NCBI GenBank assembly: GCA_963675745.2
Contig: CAXXWX010000003.1
Location: 128,001 to 192,000, forward strand
From: Phycisphaerae bacterium
GTDB lineage: Bacteria; Planctomycetota; Phycisphaerae; UBA1845; Fen-1342
Length of the DNA stretch: 64,000 nucleotides
Direction of reading: 5' to 3'
Shown here: in pieces, positions 9,280-20,257 of the stretch
How the letters are laid out: every line of letters starts with the position of its first letter
How positions within the stretch are numbered: the first letter of the stretch is position 1
The notes under the pieces: model-generated
Databases searched by the model: none
What the model was told of the DNA's origin: nothing
What the model saw: only the letters and a program-made list of their open reading frames with translations
Translations under genes and position numbers: made by a program

Positions 9280-11616
9280 CTATTTGTCCGTGTCGTCGCC
9301 GGCCCCGTCGTCGGCCCCGTCATCGGCAAAGGGGTCATCGTCGGACTCGGGCGTCTCGCCTTTGATCGCCTCCGGTGCTGCTCCAGGTAATTCGGGCGGC
9401 ACAGTCTCATCACTGACGTAGTCGTAAAACTCGCGATACTGGCGGCGGAAGTACCCGCCGGCCCGCGTTTCAATGCCGTTTAGCACGCCGCCCAGCACAT
9501 GCGCGCCGATCCGGTTGAGCTGATCGGTGGCACGGCGCAACTGCCCCTTGGAGTTCGTCGCGGCGCGGCTGACAACGATCACACCCGCCACCTGCGCCGC
9601 CAACACTAGCGCGTCACTCATCAGCAGGACCGGCGGACCATCCAGCACCACGCGGTCGTACTTCTCTGTGGCCTCGTCTATGAAGGTGCGCATGGCCGGC
9701 ACACTCAGCAATTCAGCCGGCGTTGGTGGCAACGGTCCGGATGTCATCACATCCAGGTTGGGGATCTCGGTATTAGTCACCAGTTGATCAAACGTGCTTT
9801 GTCCAACCAGCAGGTTGCTCAGCCCCTCGGCGCGCGCGTCGGCGAATGCCGTGTGTACGAAAGGACGCCGGAGATTGCAGTCAACCAGCAAGACGCGTTG
9901 TCCGCTCTGAGCCAGGACAACTGCGAGGTTCAGCGCGACCACCGATTTCCCGCAGCCGGCGCCGGGGCTGGTGATCAGCAGCGATCGCTGTGACTCCGGC
10001 GGGCCGCTGAACATCAGGTTTGTGCGGACCTGTCTAAACGACTCGGAGATGAGCGACTGCGGCGCCGTGCGCGTGGCCGTCTCAATCTCGTCGATGTCAG
10101 CTTCCTCGTCGTCCAACTCGGGAATGCTGCCCAGCACGGAGATGCGCCCACTACGCGCCACGTCGATCGGCGTGCGTACGGCCTGGTCCGCGAACTCGCG
10201 TAGAAACGCCAGGCCCCCACCGAGCAACAACGAGAGCACGAATCCGCCGCCCAGAAACAGGTACAGGTTCGGAAAAGTCGGCCGCGGCGGGACTTCCGCG
10301 CGCTGTCGGATCACCAGCCGCCGCATCGTCGTAGGATCGTTCGATGCGTGCGTGCCTTCGGCAATCTGGTCCTCGAACGTAGCCAACTGCTGTTCGAGGC
10401 GATCACGGTCCGCGACCATGCTTTCAAACAACTGGATGTTGGTGTCCAGATCCGCCTGCTGGGCCTGCACTTCGGACAGCTCTTCCATCAGGCGCGCCTG
10501 CATATTGCGGATGCGGGCCAGGCTCTGTTGGAGATTCTCAACCTGCTGCTCGCGCAGTTGATCGTAAAGCTCCTCGCGCCGCGCGGCCAACATCTGCCGA
10601 TATTCGCCAATCCGGGCCTTGAGCAGCTTGATCTGGCGGTGTTCCGGGCCGAACATCCCCGCGTTGAGCAGTGCGGCAACCTCGATCTCGATTGCCTCAA
10701 CCTGTTCGCGGCGGAAACGCACAATCGGGTCCGCATCCACCTGGAGTTGCATCTCCGGCGTCACCGGCAACTCGTACGACGGAATCCCCTCAATCGCGCG
10801 GAGCTGGGTTTCGAAATCAACCGCCTGGGTTTCGAGCAGCGTTATTTCCTGGCCCAGATCACCCATCCGGCGGGCCGACACGTCGCGTTGCGTCTCCAGC
10901 ACACCCACGTCAGCCCGGCTGCGAAACGCAGATATGTCGCGGCGGGTCTGATCGAGTTCGGTCTCTAGATCGCCGGCCGTTTTGCGCAAGCGGGCCAGTT
11001 TGCCGGTGACCTTGTCCTGCTCAGCCGACTCTGATTGCTTGACGTACTGGTCCAGAATCGAGTCGACAATACGGCGGGATTCCTTTGGCACCCGCGACGA
11101 AAACAAGACGCGAATCAGTGTTGTATCGCGAACGGCCCCCGCGCTGACGTCGTCGTAGAGATCATAGAGGCAGCGTTGGAAATCTCCGTGGTAACTCTTG
11201 TAGTACGACGTCTCCTTGATCTCAGGCAGGGCCAGCACTTCCTGGAGCAGCCACAGAGACTTGAGCTTGCGTGCCTCGCTCTGCAATTGGAGCTCAAGCC
11301 GCTTCGGATCAGCCAGGCCGACAAACACCTTCGTGGGATCATCCGGCGGCGGCGTGAACTCGAGCACGGCTTCGGCCCGGTACCCGGGGAAGTACTTGTA
11401 CGTAATCCCCGTGGCGATAACCACGGCCGCGTACAAGACCAGCGTGGTGATGATGATGATGAGCTTGCGCTGCTTGAGAATGCGCAGAACATCACCCATC
11501 TCCATCCCACCAGCTTCGGCGGGACCATCACCGGGCTGAGCCGGCGCCCCCATGCCGCTTAAGGCGCCGGGCGCCGCATGGACCGGCAACATCTGGTTTC
11601 CAGTAGCACTACTCAT
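9280..11616 (-). CDS. wzc: Polysaccharide co-polymerase/tyrosine autokinase (Wzc/GumC family)
   Basis: Two TM segments flanking a coiled coil, ESFRQVRTN, Walker A GCGKS, VLLVDCNLRRP, VVLDGPP, C-terminal Tyr cluster GGYFRRQYREFYDY. Confidence 0.9.
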   Translation of the reverse strand: MSSATGNQMLPVHAAPGALSGMGAPAQPGDGPAEAGGMEMGDVLRILKQRKLIIIITTLVLYAAVVIATGITYKYFPGYRAEAVLEFTPPPDDPTKVFVGLADPKRLELQLQSEARKLKSLWLLQEVLALPEIKETSYYKSYHGDFQRCLYDLYDDVSAGAVRDTTLIRVLFSSRVPKESRRIVDSILDQYVKQSESAEQDKVTGKLARLRKTAGDLETELDQTRRDISAFRSRADVGVLETQRDVSARRMGDLGQEITLLETQAVDFETQLRAIEGIPSYELPVTPEMQLQVDADPIVRFRREQVEAIEIEVAALLNAGMFGPEHRQIKLLKARIGEYRQMLAARREELYDQLREQQVENLQQSLARIRNMQARLMEELSEVQAQQADLDTNIQLFESMVADRDRLEQQLATFEDQIAEGTHASNDPTTMRRLVIRQRAEVPPRPTFPNLYLFLGGGFVLSLLLGGGLAFLREFADQAVRTPIDVARSGRISVLGSIPELDDEEADIDEIETATRTAPQSLISESFRQVRTNLMFSGPPESQRSLLITSPGAGCGKSVVALNLAVVLAQSGQRVLLVDCNLRRPFVHTAFADARAEGLSNLLVGQSTFDQLVTNTEIPNLDVMTSGPLPPTPAELLSVPAMRTFIDEATEKYDRVVLDGPPVLLMSDALVLAAQVAGVIVVSRAATNSKGQLRRATDQLNRIGAHVLGGVLNGIETRAGGYFRRQYREFYDYVSDETVPPELPGAAPEAIKGETPESDDDPFADDGADDGAGDDTDK

Positions 11617-11682
11617 TAGACACCTCGTCCGATCGCAGCCTGCTGCCGGCCAAGCCAGGCGGGTGAGCGCCCGCGAGATCCA

Positions 11683-14600
11683 TCACATCCCATCGAGCAG
11701 CTCTTGCGCCCGTTCAGCCTCTTCAGTTCGCCCGGCTGCGCGGGCAATCTCCAGCGCCCGTTCAGCAAGGCGCCGCGCATCCACCGTCTTGTTCTCTTTC
11801 AGCATCAGCTCGCACATGTGCAGGTGCGCGTCCAGGTTTTCCTCCTCAAGCAACAGAGCACGGTTGAAGGCGTTGCGTGCCTCAGCGAATTTGCCACAGG
11901 CCGTGTAGACAACGCCGATCGTATCCCAGGTATTGGCGTTCTCGTCGCGCAAGAGGCGCAGGCGCTCGACATATGTCAGCGCCGCCTGCGCGTCGCCGCG
12001 CTGACTCAGCCAGAACGCCAGGTTGTTCAGTGCGGTCAGGTTGTTGGCGTCAATGGCCAGGACCTGCTCGTAGAGCGCGCGGACTTCATCGTCGAAACCG
12101 CCCTTGAGTGTCGACACCGCCTGGGCCTCGATCAGCAGCAGCAGGCTCCGCTCCAGAGACTTCTCGGGGGTCGCCGGTTTGGCGACCGCCAGCACGTCCA
12201 GGCTCTCCTCCGGCCGCTCCGTGCGTACAAGCAACTCAGCCTGCACGGTGCGCAAACGTGTCTGCACCACGACATCGCCTACGCCCTGGTCAATGAGTTT
12301 CTGGCACAAATCGATGATCTCATCAAAGGAATAGAACTGTGCCGTCTGACGCCAGATGCGCGCAAGCATGTCCATTCCCAACTGGCTCGCGTTGGCAAGT
12401 GCCTCGCGCGCCTTCCGCTCCGCATCTTCCATCCGGCCCAGACGGTAATAGGCATGAGCCGTCACGACACGGATCAGTGGAGTTTGCTTTTCGGGCGGCA
12501 TCTGATCGGCCGCGTCCACCACCTCCTGGGCTCGCTCGGCAAACAGCAATCCACGCATCCAGTCAGCAACAATCGCCTGGTTTTCCCACTTCGTCAGCTC
12601 CACCGCCTGCCGCAGTGGGCTCTGAGCGCCGGCGTAGTTATGGGCCTCAAGGCGCAGCAGACCAAGCTGATATGGCCAGAACGCATCGTCAGGCTGTTTG
12701 GCCGCATAGCGGCTGATCATCTCTTCGGCCTGGTCAACGCGGTTACCGCGCCGGTACAGCTTTACGAGATCGGTGGCCACCCGCTGCCGAATCTCCGAGG
12801 GCGTCAACTCATCGTCGAGGATCTCGAGATACTCGTTCTCGGCCAGCCTCGCGCGTTCGGTCATGATGTAGAGCTGGGCCAGTTTCAAGCGGTGCTGCAT
12901 GTTGAAGTCGTGCGGAGCCACACGCTTGGCGGTGGTCAGATCCTCTTCGGCCTCGCGCATGTAGCGCAGGTCCACATTGATGCTCCCACGCGTGAACAGG
13001 CACCACGCCTGTTCTGGTTGCAGCACGAGCGCCGCAGTCAGAGTCTGGCGGGCCTCATCGAGCTGGCCGGAGAGCAGTTGCTGACGCGCGCGGGCGGCCA
13101 GCCCGAGATAGTCATCGGGAAAGTCGCTGATATAGGCGTCAATCTCGCGGCTGGCTTCCGGGATATCCAGTGTGCCGATCAGCGTATCGATGATGCGCAT
13201 GCGCAACATGCGTTGCTTCTGCGTGTCATCCGGGTCCAAACGCCCCAACGCCCCGCGGCATATCTCGATCACATCATCCGGCCGCTTTGCGCGTGCCAGG
13301 TAGTCAACGTATACCGTGTCCGCTTCGAGCCGCATCTCTCTGCGAACCGCCTCGTCAGCAATCTCCGATGCGCGCACCGGGGCCTGCGCGTACGCTGCCG
13401 ACGCCAGGTCCGGCTCACCCAGACGCTCATAGAACGCCCCGAGCAGCAGTTGTACGCGCACACGATCGGCTGCGCCGCAGCGCTCGCCGTACGCGTTCAA
13501 AACGCGCTCGCCCGTTTCACGATCGCCGCGCCCCGCGTAGAAACGTGCCACGGCCCGATACAACCGGCGCACCTGGGCGGCGGTCGCGGCATCCGTGAGG
13601 TCGGCCGTGTCCGCGAGTTTGACGGCCGCCAACAGCGTGGTCTCGGCGCGATTGGGGTCGTTCACCTGTGGTGTGGCGTACAGCATCCCCAGGCGAATCA
13701 GGTTCTCCAGATTGTTGGGGTCTTGCTCGCGAATCCGTTCGCGGCCGGACACGGCGCGCACCGGGTCGAGCCTCTCGGCCTCGAGCTCAATCTTCTGGCG
13801 CAACGTGGGATCACTACGGTTCAGTCGATAGGCGCGCAGCAACAATGTGCGCCGCTCCTCCTCGTCCTCGAATCCGGCCTGCTCCTTGATCAGGAACAGG
13901 ATTCGATTGGCCAGCGGGTGATCGTGTTTCATCGCAACCGCTTGCTCAGCCGCCGCCAACGCCTCGGTCGTACGCGGCGGGTGGCAAAGCAGGAACGCCT
14001 GCGCCAAAAGCGTCTCGATTTGGGCGTCCGGCGGAAGGCCACGTTCGGCCGTGCGCAGCTCGGTCACGGCTTTCTCACCATCGCGCTGAGCCAGTGCCAG
14101 CGCGCCACGGAACCGCGCGCCGTTTACGCGGTCGACGTTCAGTTCAGCCAGTCGCCCGGCATACTCTTCCGCGCGCGCGTAATCACTCACGTCTATTGCC
14201 AGGTAGAACTGCTGTTGCAATACGTGCTCGAATCTGCGCCGCACCTCCGGCCCACCCTGCGATAGATCCGCCTCGAGCTCATCAAGGACACGCCTGGCCG
14301 GTTCCAGGTTCCTTCGCGTGTAGTGAAAGTTGAACAGATCAGAAAGCCGCTCAACCTTGTCAGGGTTCTCCATGATAATGGCAATGATCTTCTCATCACG
14401 CGCTGCCGGATCAGTCTCATCCGCCAGCACGATGAACGTATCGAGTTGACGCCGCACATGCTCATCGGTCACGCGCTTCTGTAGCTCACCGACATATTCG
14501 ATGAACTCGGCGCGTCGTTCGGCTCTTGCCATCACCTGGAAGAGCAGTTGCAGAACGCGCACTTCCTCAGGACGTTGCTCAAGCGTCTGGCGGAGCGTGT

Positions 14601-16389
14601 TCTCGGCCGTCGCGTAGTCATTGTCGGCCATCGCCAATTCGGCGCGCATCATCGAAGTTCGCAGGTCATCGCCGTCGGTGGACTCGAGAAGTTCGGTTGC
14701 TTCGGATTGCCTGCCCAGCGCGGACAGCGCCGCGGCCTTCAACTGAAGCAATCGTTCGTTATCGGGGGCATCCCGCAACAGAGCCTCGATCTGGTCCAAC
14801 GCCGGAGCCGCCTCGCCACGGCCAATCTGGTTCGCCAGTTTCAGGCCGATCAACTCGACTGGAGGTGGCTGGTTCAACTGGCTATACGCGCCGAGAGCTT
14901 TTTCCGCGTATCTCTCAGCCTCGCCGGCCTGCCCCTTGCGCTGGTACAGAACCGCCAGGCGCTGGGTTGCCTCAGCATACATGCCCAGCATTCGGCGGTC
15001 CGGTTGGTTGCCGGTGCGCGTCTCGATCTTCATAAAGGAGTCGATGGCCTCGTCTTCATTCTCCGTTGCGGCCGCGTAGAGCCCGCGCATCAGCAGCGTG
15101 GTGGCGAGCTCTCCGTATTTAACTTCCGAGGCGTCCAGGAAATAGCGCGCATCATCGAGCGCCTTCTGCTTTTCGTCCGCGTCGGCCGCCAGGAGGCTTA
15201 GCGCCATCGCGCGATCAAACCCGCGAAACAACGTCTCCGCTCGCGCAGGCGCTCCGAGCATGGCGCGCAGCGAAACCAGCGTACTGGTCTCGTCGACGGC
15301 GCGTCTGTACACCGCTATCTGACGCTCCAGGATGTCGCGCTGGACGGCTTCGGGATCGGTGTCCGGGTCACCGCGCAGCGCGATGGCCCGAGCCAGCTCG
15401 CCGTATGCGCGAAATGTGGCGGGCTCGAATTTCAAGCTCTCCGCCAGATGCTGTTCGGCGCTGTCGATGATCGATGCGCGCTCTTCGGCGGTCAGCGCAT
15501 CGCCTTCATCATCCACCTGTTGCAGAAGAATGCTGCCATACATCAGGTGCAGTTCGGCGTCTTCGGGCGACTGCTCGATAGCGGTGGCCAGCACCTCGCG
15601 CGCGCGCGGCGCTCGTGTGTGTTCGGCATCGGCGCCGAGCAATAGGCCGGCATAGCGTGTTACAAGCCGTGTGTCGGTTGGATTCTCGGCCACGCCGCTG
15701 TCGAGCATGGCCAGGACATCTTCGAGCGCTGCCGCCGCGGTCTCACGCCGGAGGGCGTCGTCGCGTGCCAACCTGTCCGTGGTAACACCGGCCCGCTCGG
15801 CCAGCGCGTCGCGCGACAGCAGGCGGTCAACCTTGGCGAGCAACAGCCGCGGATTCGCGGCATCGATTGCCTCGGCGGCGGCGATATCCTGTTCCACGGT
15901 TTCCGGATCTTCGCCGAGTTCGAGCAACGCCTGCGCGCGCGACAACGGGCCCAGCGGGTTGTTGGCGTCCAATTCGATCAGCTTTTCAGCGCTGTCCCTC
16001 ATTCTGACCGGATCGCGTCGTCCGAAATCGTGCAAGGTCCACAAGTGACCCAGCATCGCTTCGAGAACCGCCTTGTCTTGCGGCGCGTCGGCGTTGGCCC
16101 GCTCAAGCCCCCCCAGCGCTGTCCAATAGTCGCCGGCCTCAAACAGCACGCGGCTCGACTCAATCACGTACTTGTTCTCGTGCGCGACCTGAAACGCGCG
16201 CCGGTATTCGCGCACGGCGCGTTCGACGTCACCGGCGGCCTCGAGTTGGCGCGCCTTGGCCGCATAGACCTCGGGGTCACGGTTCGTGTTGGCGATCGTA
16301 ACGATCAGCACAACGGCGACGGTGAGGACCATCCCCATGATTGTCAGAAACGCTACTAGATTCGTGTTCAGTCGTTTTGCTGCTGCCAT
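11683..16389 (-). CDS. Large membrane-anchored TPR-repeat protein (1568 aa)
   Basis: N-terminal TM anchor followed by many TPR-like repeats; ends with ALNNLAFWL...WDTIGVVY typical of PrsT-like TPR proteins. Confidence 0.85.
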   Translation of the reverse strand: MAAAKRLNTNLVAFLTIMGMVLTVAVVLIVTIANTNRDPEVYAAKARQLEAAGDVERAVREYRRAFQVAHENKYVIESSRVLFEAGDYWTALGGLERANADAPQDKAVLEAMLGHLWTLHDFGRRDPVRMRDSAEKLIELDANNPLGPLSRAQALLELGEDPETVEQDIAAAEAIDAANPRLLLAKVDRLLSRDALAERAGVTTDRLARDDALRRETAAAALEDVLAMLDSGVAENPTDTRLVTRYAGLLLGADAEHTRAPRAREVLATAIEQSPEDAELHLMYGSILLQQVDDEGDALTAEERASIIDSAEQHLAESLKFEPATFRAYGELARAIALRGDPDTDPEAVQRDILERQIAVYRRAVDETSTLVSLRAMLGAPARAETLFRGFDRAMALSLLAADADEKQKALDDARYFLDASEVKYGELATTLLMRGLYAAATENEDEAIDSFMKIETRTGNQPDRRMLGMYAEATQRLAVLYQRKGQAGEAERYAEKALGAYSQLNQPPPVELIGLKLANQIGRGEAAPALDQIEALLRDAPDNERLLQLKAAALSALGRQSEATELLESTDGDDLRTSMMRAELAMADNDYATAENTLRQTLEQRPEEVRVLQLLFQVMARAERRAEFIEYVGELQKRVTDEHVRRQLDTFIVLADETDPAARDEKIIAIIMENPDKVERLSDLFNFHYTRRNLEPARRVLDELEADLSQGGPEVRRRFEHVLQQQFYLAIDVSDYARAEEYAGRLAELNVDRVNGARFRGALALAQRDGEKAVTELRTAERGLPPDAQIETLLAQAFLLCHPPRTTEALAAAEQAVAMKHDHPLANRILFLIKEQAGFEDEEERRTLLLRAYRLNRSDPTLRQKIELEAERLDPVRAVSGRERIREQDPNNLENLIRLGMLYATPQVNDPNRAETTLLAAVKLADTADLTDAATAAQVRRLYRAVARFYAGRGDRETGERVLNAYGERCGAADRVRVQLLLGAFYERLGEPDLASAAYAQAPVRASEIADEAVRREMRLEADTVYVDYLARAKRPDDVIEICRGALGRLDPDDTQKQRMLRMRIIDTLIGTLDIPEASREIDAYISDFPDDYLGLAARARQQLLSGQLDEARQTLTAALVLQPEQAWCLFTRGSINVDLRYMREAEEDLTTAKRVAPHDFNMQHRLKLAQLYIMTERARLAENEYLEILDDELTPSEIRQRVATDLVKLYRRGNRVDQAEEMISRYAAKQPDDAFWPYQLGLLRLEAHNYAGAQSPLRQAVELTKWENQAIVADWMRGLLFAERAQEVVDAADQMPPEKQTPLIRVVTAHAYYRLGRMEDAERKAREALANASQLGMDMLARIWRQTAQFYSFDEIIDLCQKLIDQGVGDVVVQTRLRTVQAELLVRTERPEESLDVLAVAKPATPEKSLERSLLLLIEAQAVSTLKGGFDDEVRALYEQVLAIDANNLTALNNLAFWLSQRGDAQAALTYVERLRLLRDENANTWDTIGVVYTACGKFAEARNAFNRALLLEEENLDAHLHMCELMLKENKTVDARRLAERALEIARAAGRTEEAERAQELLDGM

Positions 16390-16395
16390 GATCCG

Positions 16396-17283
16396 CTATC
16401 CCTCGCCCGCCGCGCCGGATGAGCTCTCGCTCACCTCGGCGTGGAGTGCTTCCCAGTCCGCAAAGTGATCCTCAAAGACGATTGGCATGAGTTTCTCAAG
16501 CAACGGGCCCAGCGCTTCCAGTGAGTCCTCGAGCGGCGCCGCCGCCCCAGTGTGCTCGTTGACGAATCGCACCTCGAATTTGGCGTAATAGCCGAAGCGC
16601 TCCCATATATCACCCAGCGTCATCCGCACGCCGGAACGTGTCGCCTTGTACTGGTTATTGCAGTGAAAGAAATACAGCACGGTCATCGGTCTGGGCGCGT
16701 CCGTGTCGCTGCCGTTGCTGGTACCGTGGTCCCGCCCGCGGAACTGAAGCACGCGCACCGGGATACTCGCACTCTCCGCGCCGGGCAGCGATACGTTCAC
16801 CTCCTGGGAATAGGCTCGGCCCACGCGATCCAGGCCGCCCGCCACCAGGCACTCATCCGGAACGTGCGGCACCATGTCCGGCTTGCCGGTGTAGTATGAG
16901 ATGAACACGATCGCCATGGAGGTCGGGTCGTTACTGGCGGCGCCGGCCTTGATGATTCGTAGATCGACGTACTCCTGCGTGCCCAGCGTTTCGAGCACGT
17001 CATGTTCCAGCGGCTTGGGCCGCACCGGGTGCAACGAGTATTCCGGGGCCAGCCGGCGCTCGTCAAACTCGCGCAAGCTCTTCTTGAGCTCCACCGGCTC
17101 CTTGGTCAGGCTGATACCGCCAAACCGCTTGAGTGCTTCAATCCCCGCGGCTGCCGCCAGCAACACCACGACGCAGGTCACATAGCGCGCGCTCACAAGA
17201 GGCCGCGTCCTGGAAGCGCGTGCCGTCTCCGTGCCGCGCTTGGCGGACTCAGTTACAGAACCTGTTGTCGCGGGGCCACTCAT
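16396..17283 (-). CDS. Exosortase-associated EpsI-family protein
   Basis: TM anchor, FISYYTG.PD.VPHVPDECLVAGG motif; directly downstream of the exosortase. Confidence 0.8.
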   Translation of the reverse strand: MSGPATTGSVTESAKRGTETARASRTRPLVSARYVTCVVVLLAAAAGIEALKRFGGISLTKEPVELKKSLREFDERRLAPEYSLHPVRPKPLEHDVLETLGTQEYVDLRIIKAGAASNDPTSMAIVFISYYTGKPDMVPHVPDECLVAGGLDRVGRAYSQEVNVSLPGAESASIPVRVLQFRGRDHGTSNGSDTDAPRPMTVLYFFHCNNQYKATRSGVRMTLGDIWERFGYYAKFEVRFVNEHTGAAAPLEDSLEALGPLLEKLMPIVFEDHFADWEALHAEVSESSSGAAGEG

Positions 17284-17290
17284 CTTCGCA

Positions 17291-18241
17291 CTATTTCTCC
17301 GCGGCGGTATTGGTTATTGCCGACTGATCGTCGTGGCCTTCGATAACCAGGTGTTTGAGCACCCAGCCGATGCCGCTGAAGATCGAAAAAGCCAGCCCCA
17401 GCATGGCCAGGCCCAGCAGCGTGTGATAGGTGCCTGTCGCGTAGCGCTCATCAACGAAGATATAAAGCCAGGTGGTGATCAGCACGCGAATGAAATTGCA
17501 GAAGACGGCGATCGGCAAACACGCCGCCAGCAATATCACCCGTTGCCACCACGGTCGGTCGGAGATGAATGTGATCGCCACGCCCAGGGCACACAGCGTG
17601 ATCGTGCTGCGCATTCCGCTACAGGCATCGGCCACGCCGATCGCATACGTGTTTCCCTTATAGAACGCGTCGATGACCGACCCGTTGCGCTGAATGTCCA
17701 GATCACGGATCAGGCCCAGAATAGTGGTCGCGACTGATGCCGCCAACTGCCGCAACGGGTTCGTCAGCATGAAGTGAATACGCTGGGGAATCGGAATCGC
17801 GAACAGCAGGTAGAGCCAGGGTACCCAGGCATAGCGCATCACCGGCAGCCCGCACAACAGGATTATGACCCCCAGCAGGCAGACCATCATCGCCAAGGGC
17901 CGCGGGTAGCCGAATTGACCCAACAGCAGGGAATACGCATAGAAGGCCAGTCCGGCCACCAGAATCACCAGCCCGACCCACGTATGCGAGATGCGGCAGC
18001 GTCGAATCTGATCCCACTTCATGTATACAAGATACGCGCTGAACAGCGGGATGATCGGTCCGTGTGACCAGTCCGATGAGGTCACCCACTTATAGACCAC
18101 GTCACCCAGCCGTGGCGGAACGAAGTCGAGCAGCTTCCAGAACACAGCGATGAATGCAGCCGCGACGATCGCCGCCTTGATCCGCGCCTGGCGGTCAAAG
18201 GTCAGCTTCCAGGGCGTTGTTGTCGGCGTGGTACCGGCCAA
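17291..18241 (-). CDS. Exosortase (EpsH/Xrt family transpeptidase)
   Basis: Multi-TM; WSHGPIIP, LLFAIPIP, catalytic VADACSGMRS, NFIRV, YHTLLG (Cys-Arg-His); start taken as TTG 18241 after a GAGG RBS. Confidence 0.92.
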   Translation of the reverse strand: MAGTTPTTTPWKLTFDRQARIKAAIVAAAFIAVFWKLLDFVPPRLGDVVYKWVTSSDWSHGPIIPLFSAYLVYMKWDQIRRCRISHTWVGLVILVAGLAFYAYSLLLGQFGYPRPLAMMVCLLGVIILLCGLPVMRYAWVPWLYLLFAIPIPQRIHFMLTNPLRQLAASVATTILGLIRDLDIQRNGSVIDAFYKGNTYAIGVADACSGMRSTITLCALGVAITFISDRPWWQRVILLAACLPIAVFCNFIRVLITTWLYIFVDERYATGTYHTLLGLAMLGLAFSIFSGIGWVLKHLVIEGHDDQSAITNTAAEK

Positions 18242-18263
18242 TTGAACCTCTCTGCGGGTTGCG

Positions 18264-19829
18264 CTAGAACAACAAGCCGCGTTGTTGCTTCCGCTGGCGC
18301 TCGATCTCGGCTGGGTTGGTCTTTCCGCCGTAGGAATCGACGTCCGCGAAATTGCGGTCGTACACAAACCCGAATCCGTAGGTGAACCGGAATGAATTGC
18401 GAATCACAAACAGGAACGGTGACACGAAGTGCGTGCCCACATTCACAATGTCCTCGGCACGCAACAGAACGTCATCATCGAGCCCGGCGAAGACCGCGTC
18501 GACATCCACCGGGATCGTGATTTGCGTGTCCGTGCCGGGTTCTCGGCGAATGATCTCGCAACGCTGTGGCCAAGCCAGCGGCGTGAAACCACCCACCAGG
18601 GCGATCGCCTGCTTGAGCGTGATCTCGCGCCCGCCAAAGGCGTACACGCCCGGACGAGCAATCTCGCCCATCATGTAGAACACGCCCGTGTCAATCGGGA
18701 CGTTGACCACGTCCTCACCCCGAATCACGATATTGTAACGTGGATCGCCCGCCTTGAGGGCCGCCACGTCGATCTCTATGACACGCTGCTGCAGTTCAAA
18801 CTCGGGAACGTCGTCCCAGTCAAACCCGGGCTGTGGCTGCGGCGGCGCGGCCGGCTCCGCGTCCGACTCGCGCGGCGGCGCCGGCGATTCGGCAGTCTCG
18901 GGCGCCACCTCGATCGGGGCGCCGGTCGTCGGGTCGAAGATGATCTGAGGGAACCCCGGCCCAGCGTCAGCCGCATCCTCGTCGTTTCCAGGTGTGATTA
19001 TGCCCTCCAACGACTCACGCTCCGTGCCGGCGTCGTCGTCATTCCCAGCGTAGGCGTGGCTCGCCAACATCGCTCCCGAGATTGGCGACACGTCCCACTG
19101 CTCGTCGTCGTCGGGGACCGGCACAACCAACTCTTCGTCGAGTTCCGCCGGCGGCTCCTTGGCGGGCGGAAGATCGCGATAGCTCGGCTGCGCGCGACGA
19201 ATCACATAGAGTTTTTTGACGTCCGCGCCGATGTCCTGCGCCAGGCCAATCACTTCCAGCAGCCGGGTGTCGGGTGACTGCAACGGGTAGGCCCCCGCGC
19301 GCCCCACCGCTCCGAGCATGTAAAAAACGCGCGAGTTGCGCGACGTCACCATCACGCGCACTACCGGGTCGGGTAACTGACCACTTTCGATCAGACGCCG
19401 TCGGATTTCTTCTTCGATTTCCGTCTCGGTCATGCCGGCGATTTTGAACGATCCGACATACGGCAACCGCACGTAGCCCGTCTCGGATACCTGCTGGACA
19501 GAGCCCTCTTGCAGGCCTTGTCCGAGAAGATCGTCAATCACGATTTGAATCGAGTCGGACGGCGTGACGCGGTAGTCTTCATAGATCGGAACCAGGTCGT
19601 CGGGAGTCGGCTCAACGGCATTGGGCGGCCCGCCGGGGTTGTCGCGCGGCGTCAAGACGCGCTTGATGCCGCGTTCCTGGTACTCAGAAGGAAAGGTGCC
19701 GACGGCGGTGGGGTCCAGAAAACCGTTCAGTATGGCGCAGCCCGAGCCGGCTGAGATTAACAGCCCGCAACTGATAACTGTCATTAACGCGCTGACGAGC
19801 GAGCGCCCGTTGTGCATTCCGATCTCCAC
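18264..19829 (-). CDS. wza: Polysaccharide export lipoprotein (Wza/SLBB family) with acidic internal insert
   Basis: DYRVTPSDSIQI, GYVRLPYVG..KIAGMT, SLBB repeats (GAVGRAGAY, GEIARPGVY), lipobox GSGC. Confidence 0.85.
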   Translation of the reverse strand: MEIGMHNGRSLVSALMTVISCGLLISAGSGCAILNGFLDPTAVGTFPSEYQERGIKRVLTPRDNPGGPPNAVEPTPDDLVPIYEDYRVTPSDSIQIVIDDLLGQGLQEGSVQQVSETGYVRLPYVGSFKIAGMTETEIEEEIRRRLIESGQLPDPVVRVMVTSRNSRVFYMLGAVGRAGAYPLQSPDTRLLEVIGLAQDIGADVKKLYVIRRAQPSYRDLPPAKEPPAELDEELVVPVPDDDEQWDVSPISGAMLASHAYAGNDDDAGTERESLEGIITPGNDEDAADAGPGFPQIIFDPTTGAPIEVAPETAESPAPPRESDAEPAAPPQPQPGFDWDDVPEFELQQRVIEIDVAALKAGDPRYNIVIRGEDVVNVPIDTGVFYMMGEIARPGVYAFGGREITLKQAIALVGGFTPLAWPQRCEIIRREPGTDTQITIPVDVDAVFAGLDDDVLLRAEDIVNVGTHFVSPFLFVIRNSFRFTYGFGFVYDRNFADVDSYGGKTNPAEIERQRKQQRGLLF

Positions 19830-20257
19830 GGCCGCGAGCCAGCCGTCGCATTATCCGCCGTCGAAAAGCCGGCGGGACGGCATGTGCAGCGCTGCCTAGT
19901 CAAGTAAGTACAGGCATTTGCGCCAAAAGAACGGCAATCTAAACCGCGCCGGCAACTCCTGTCAAATGGCCGCCTGTCGAGGCGCAGGGTGCCCGCCTGC
20001 CGTCCCCGATGCTAGCTTTACGTCGGCAATATCCGCGCGGTTCGCGTTTCACCGTCGTTCGCTACACTCAGTTACCGCACCAGATTATCGGCACAGCCCG
20101 GCTCGCGGCTTGTGCCCTGTTCCAAATCGCACCGCCGTAAGCGGTTCCGACGGTCAGATCGCAGGCCCGCCGAGGTGACATCCGGACTGCACACCGATGG
20201 TGCTCGACGCCGACCTACACATGCGGCCGGGCGTGCCAGATCCCGATAGACACTTCC

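Noticed and set aside
11704..14265. 853-aa plus-strand ORF
   Set aside because: Antisense shadow of the TPR gene; typical of high-GC codon bias, no motifs
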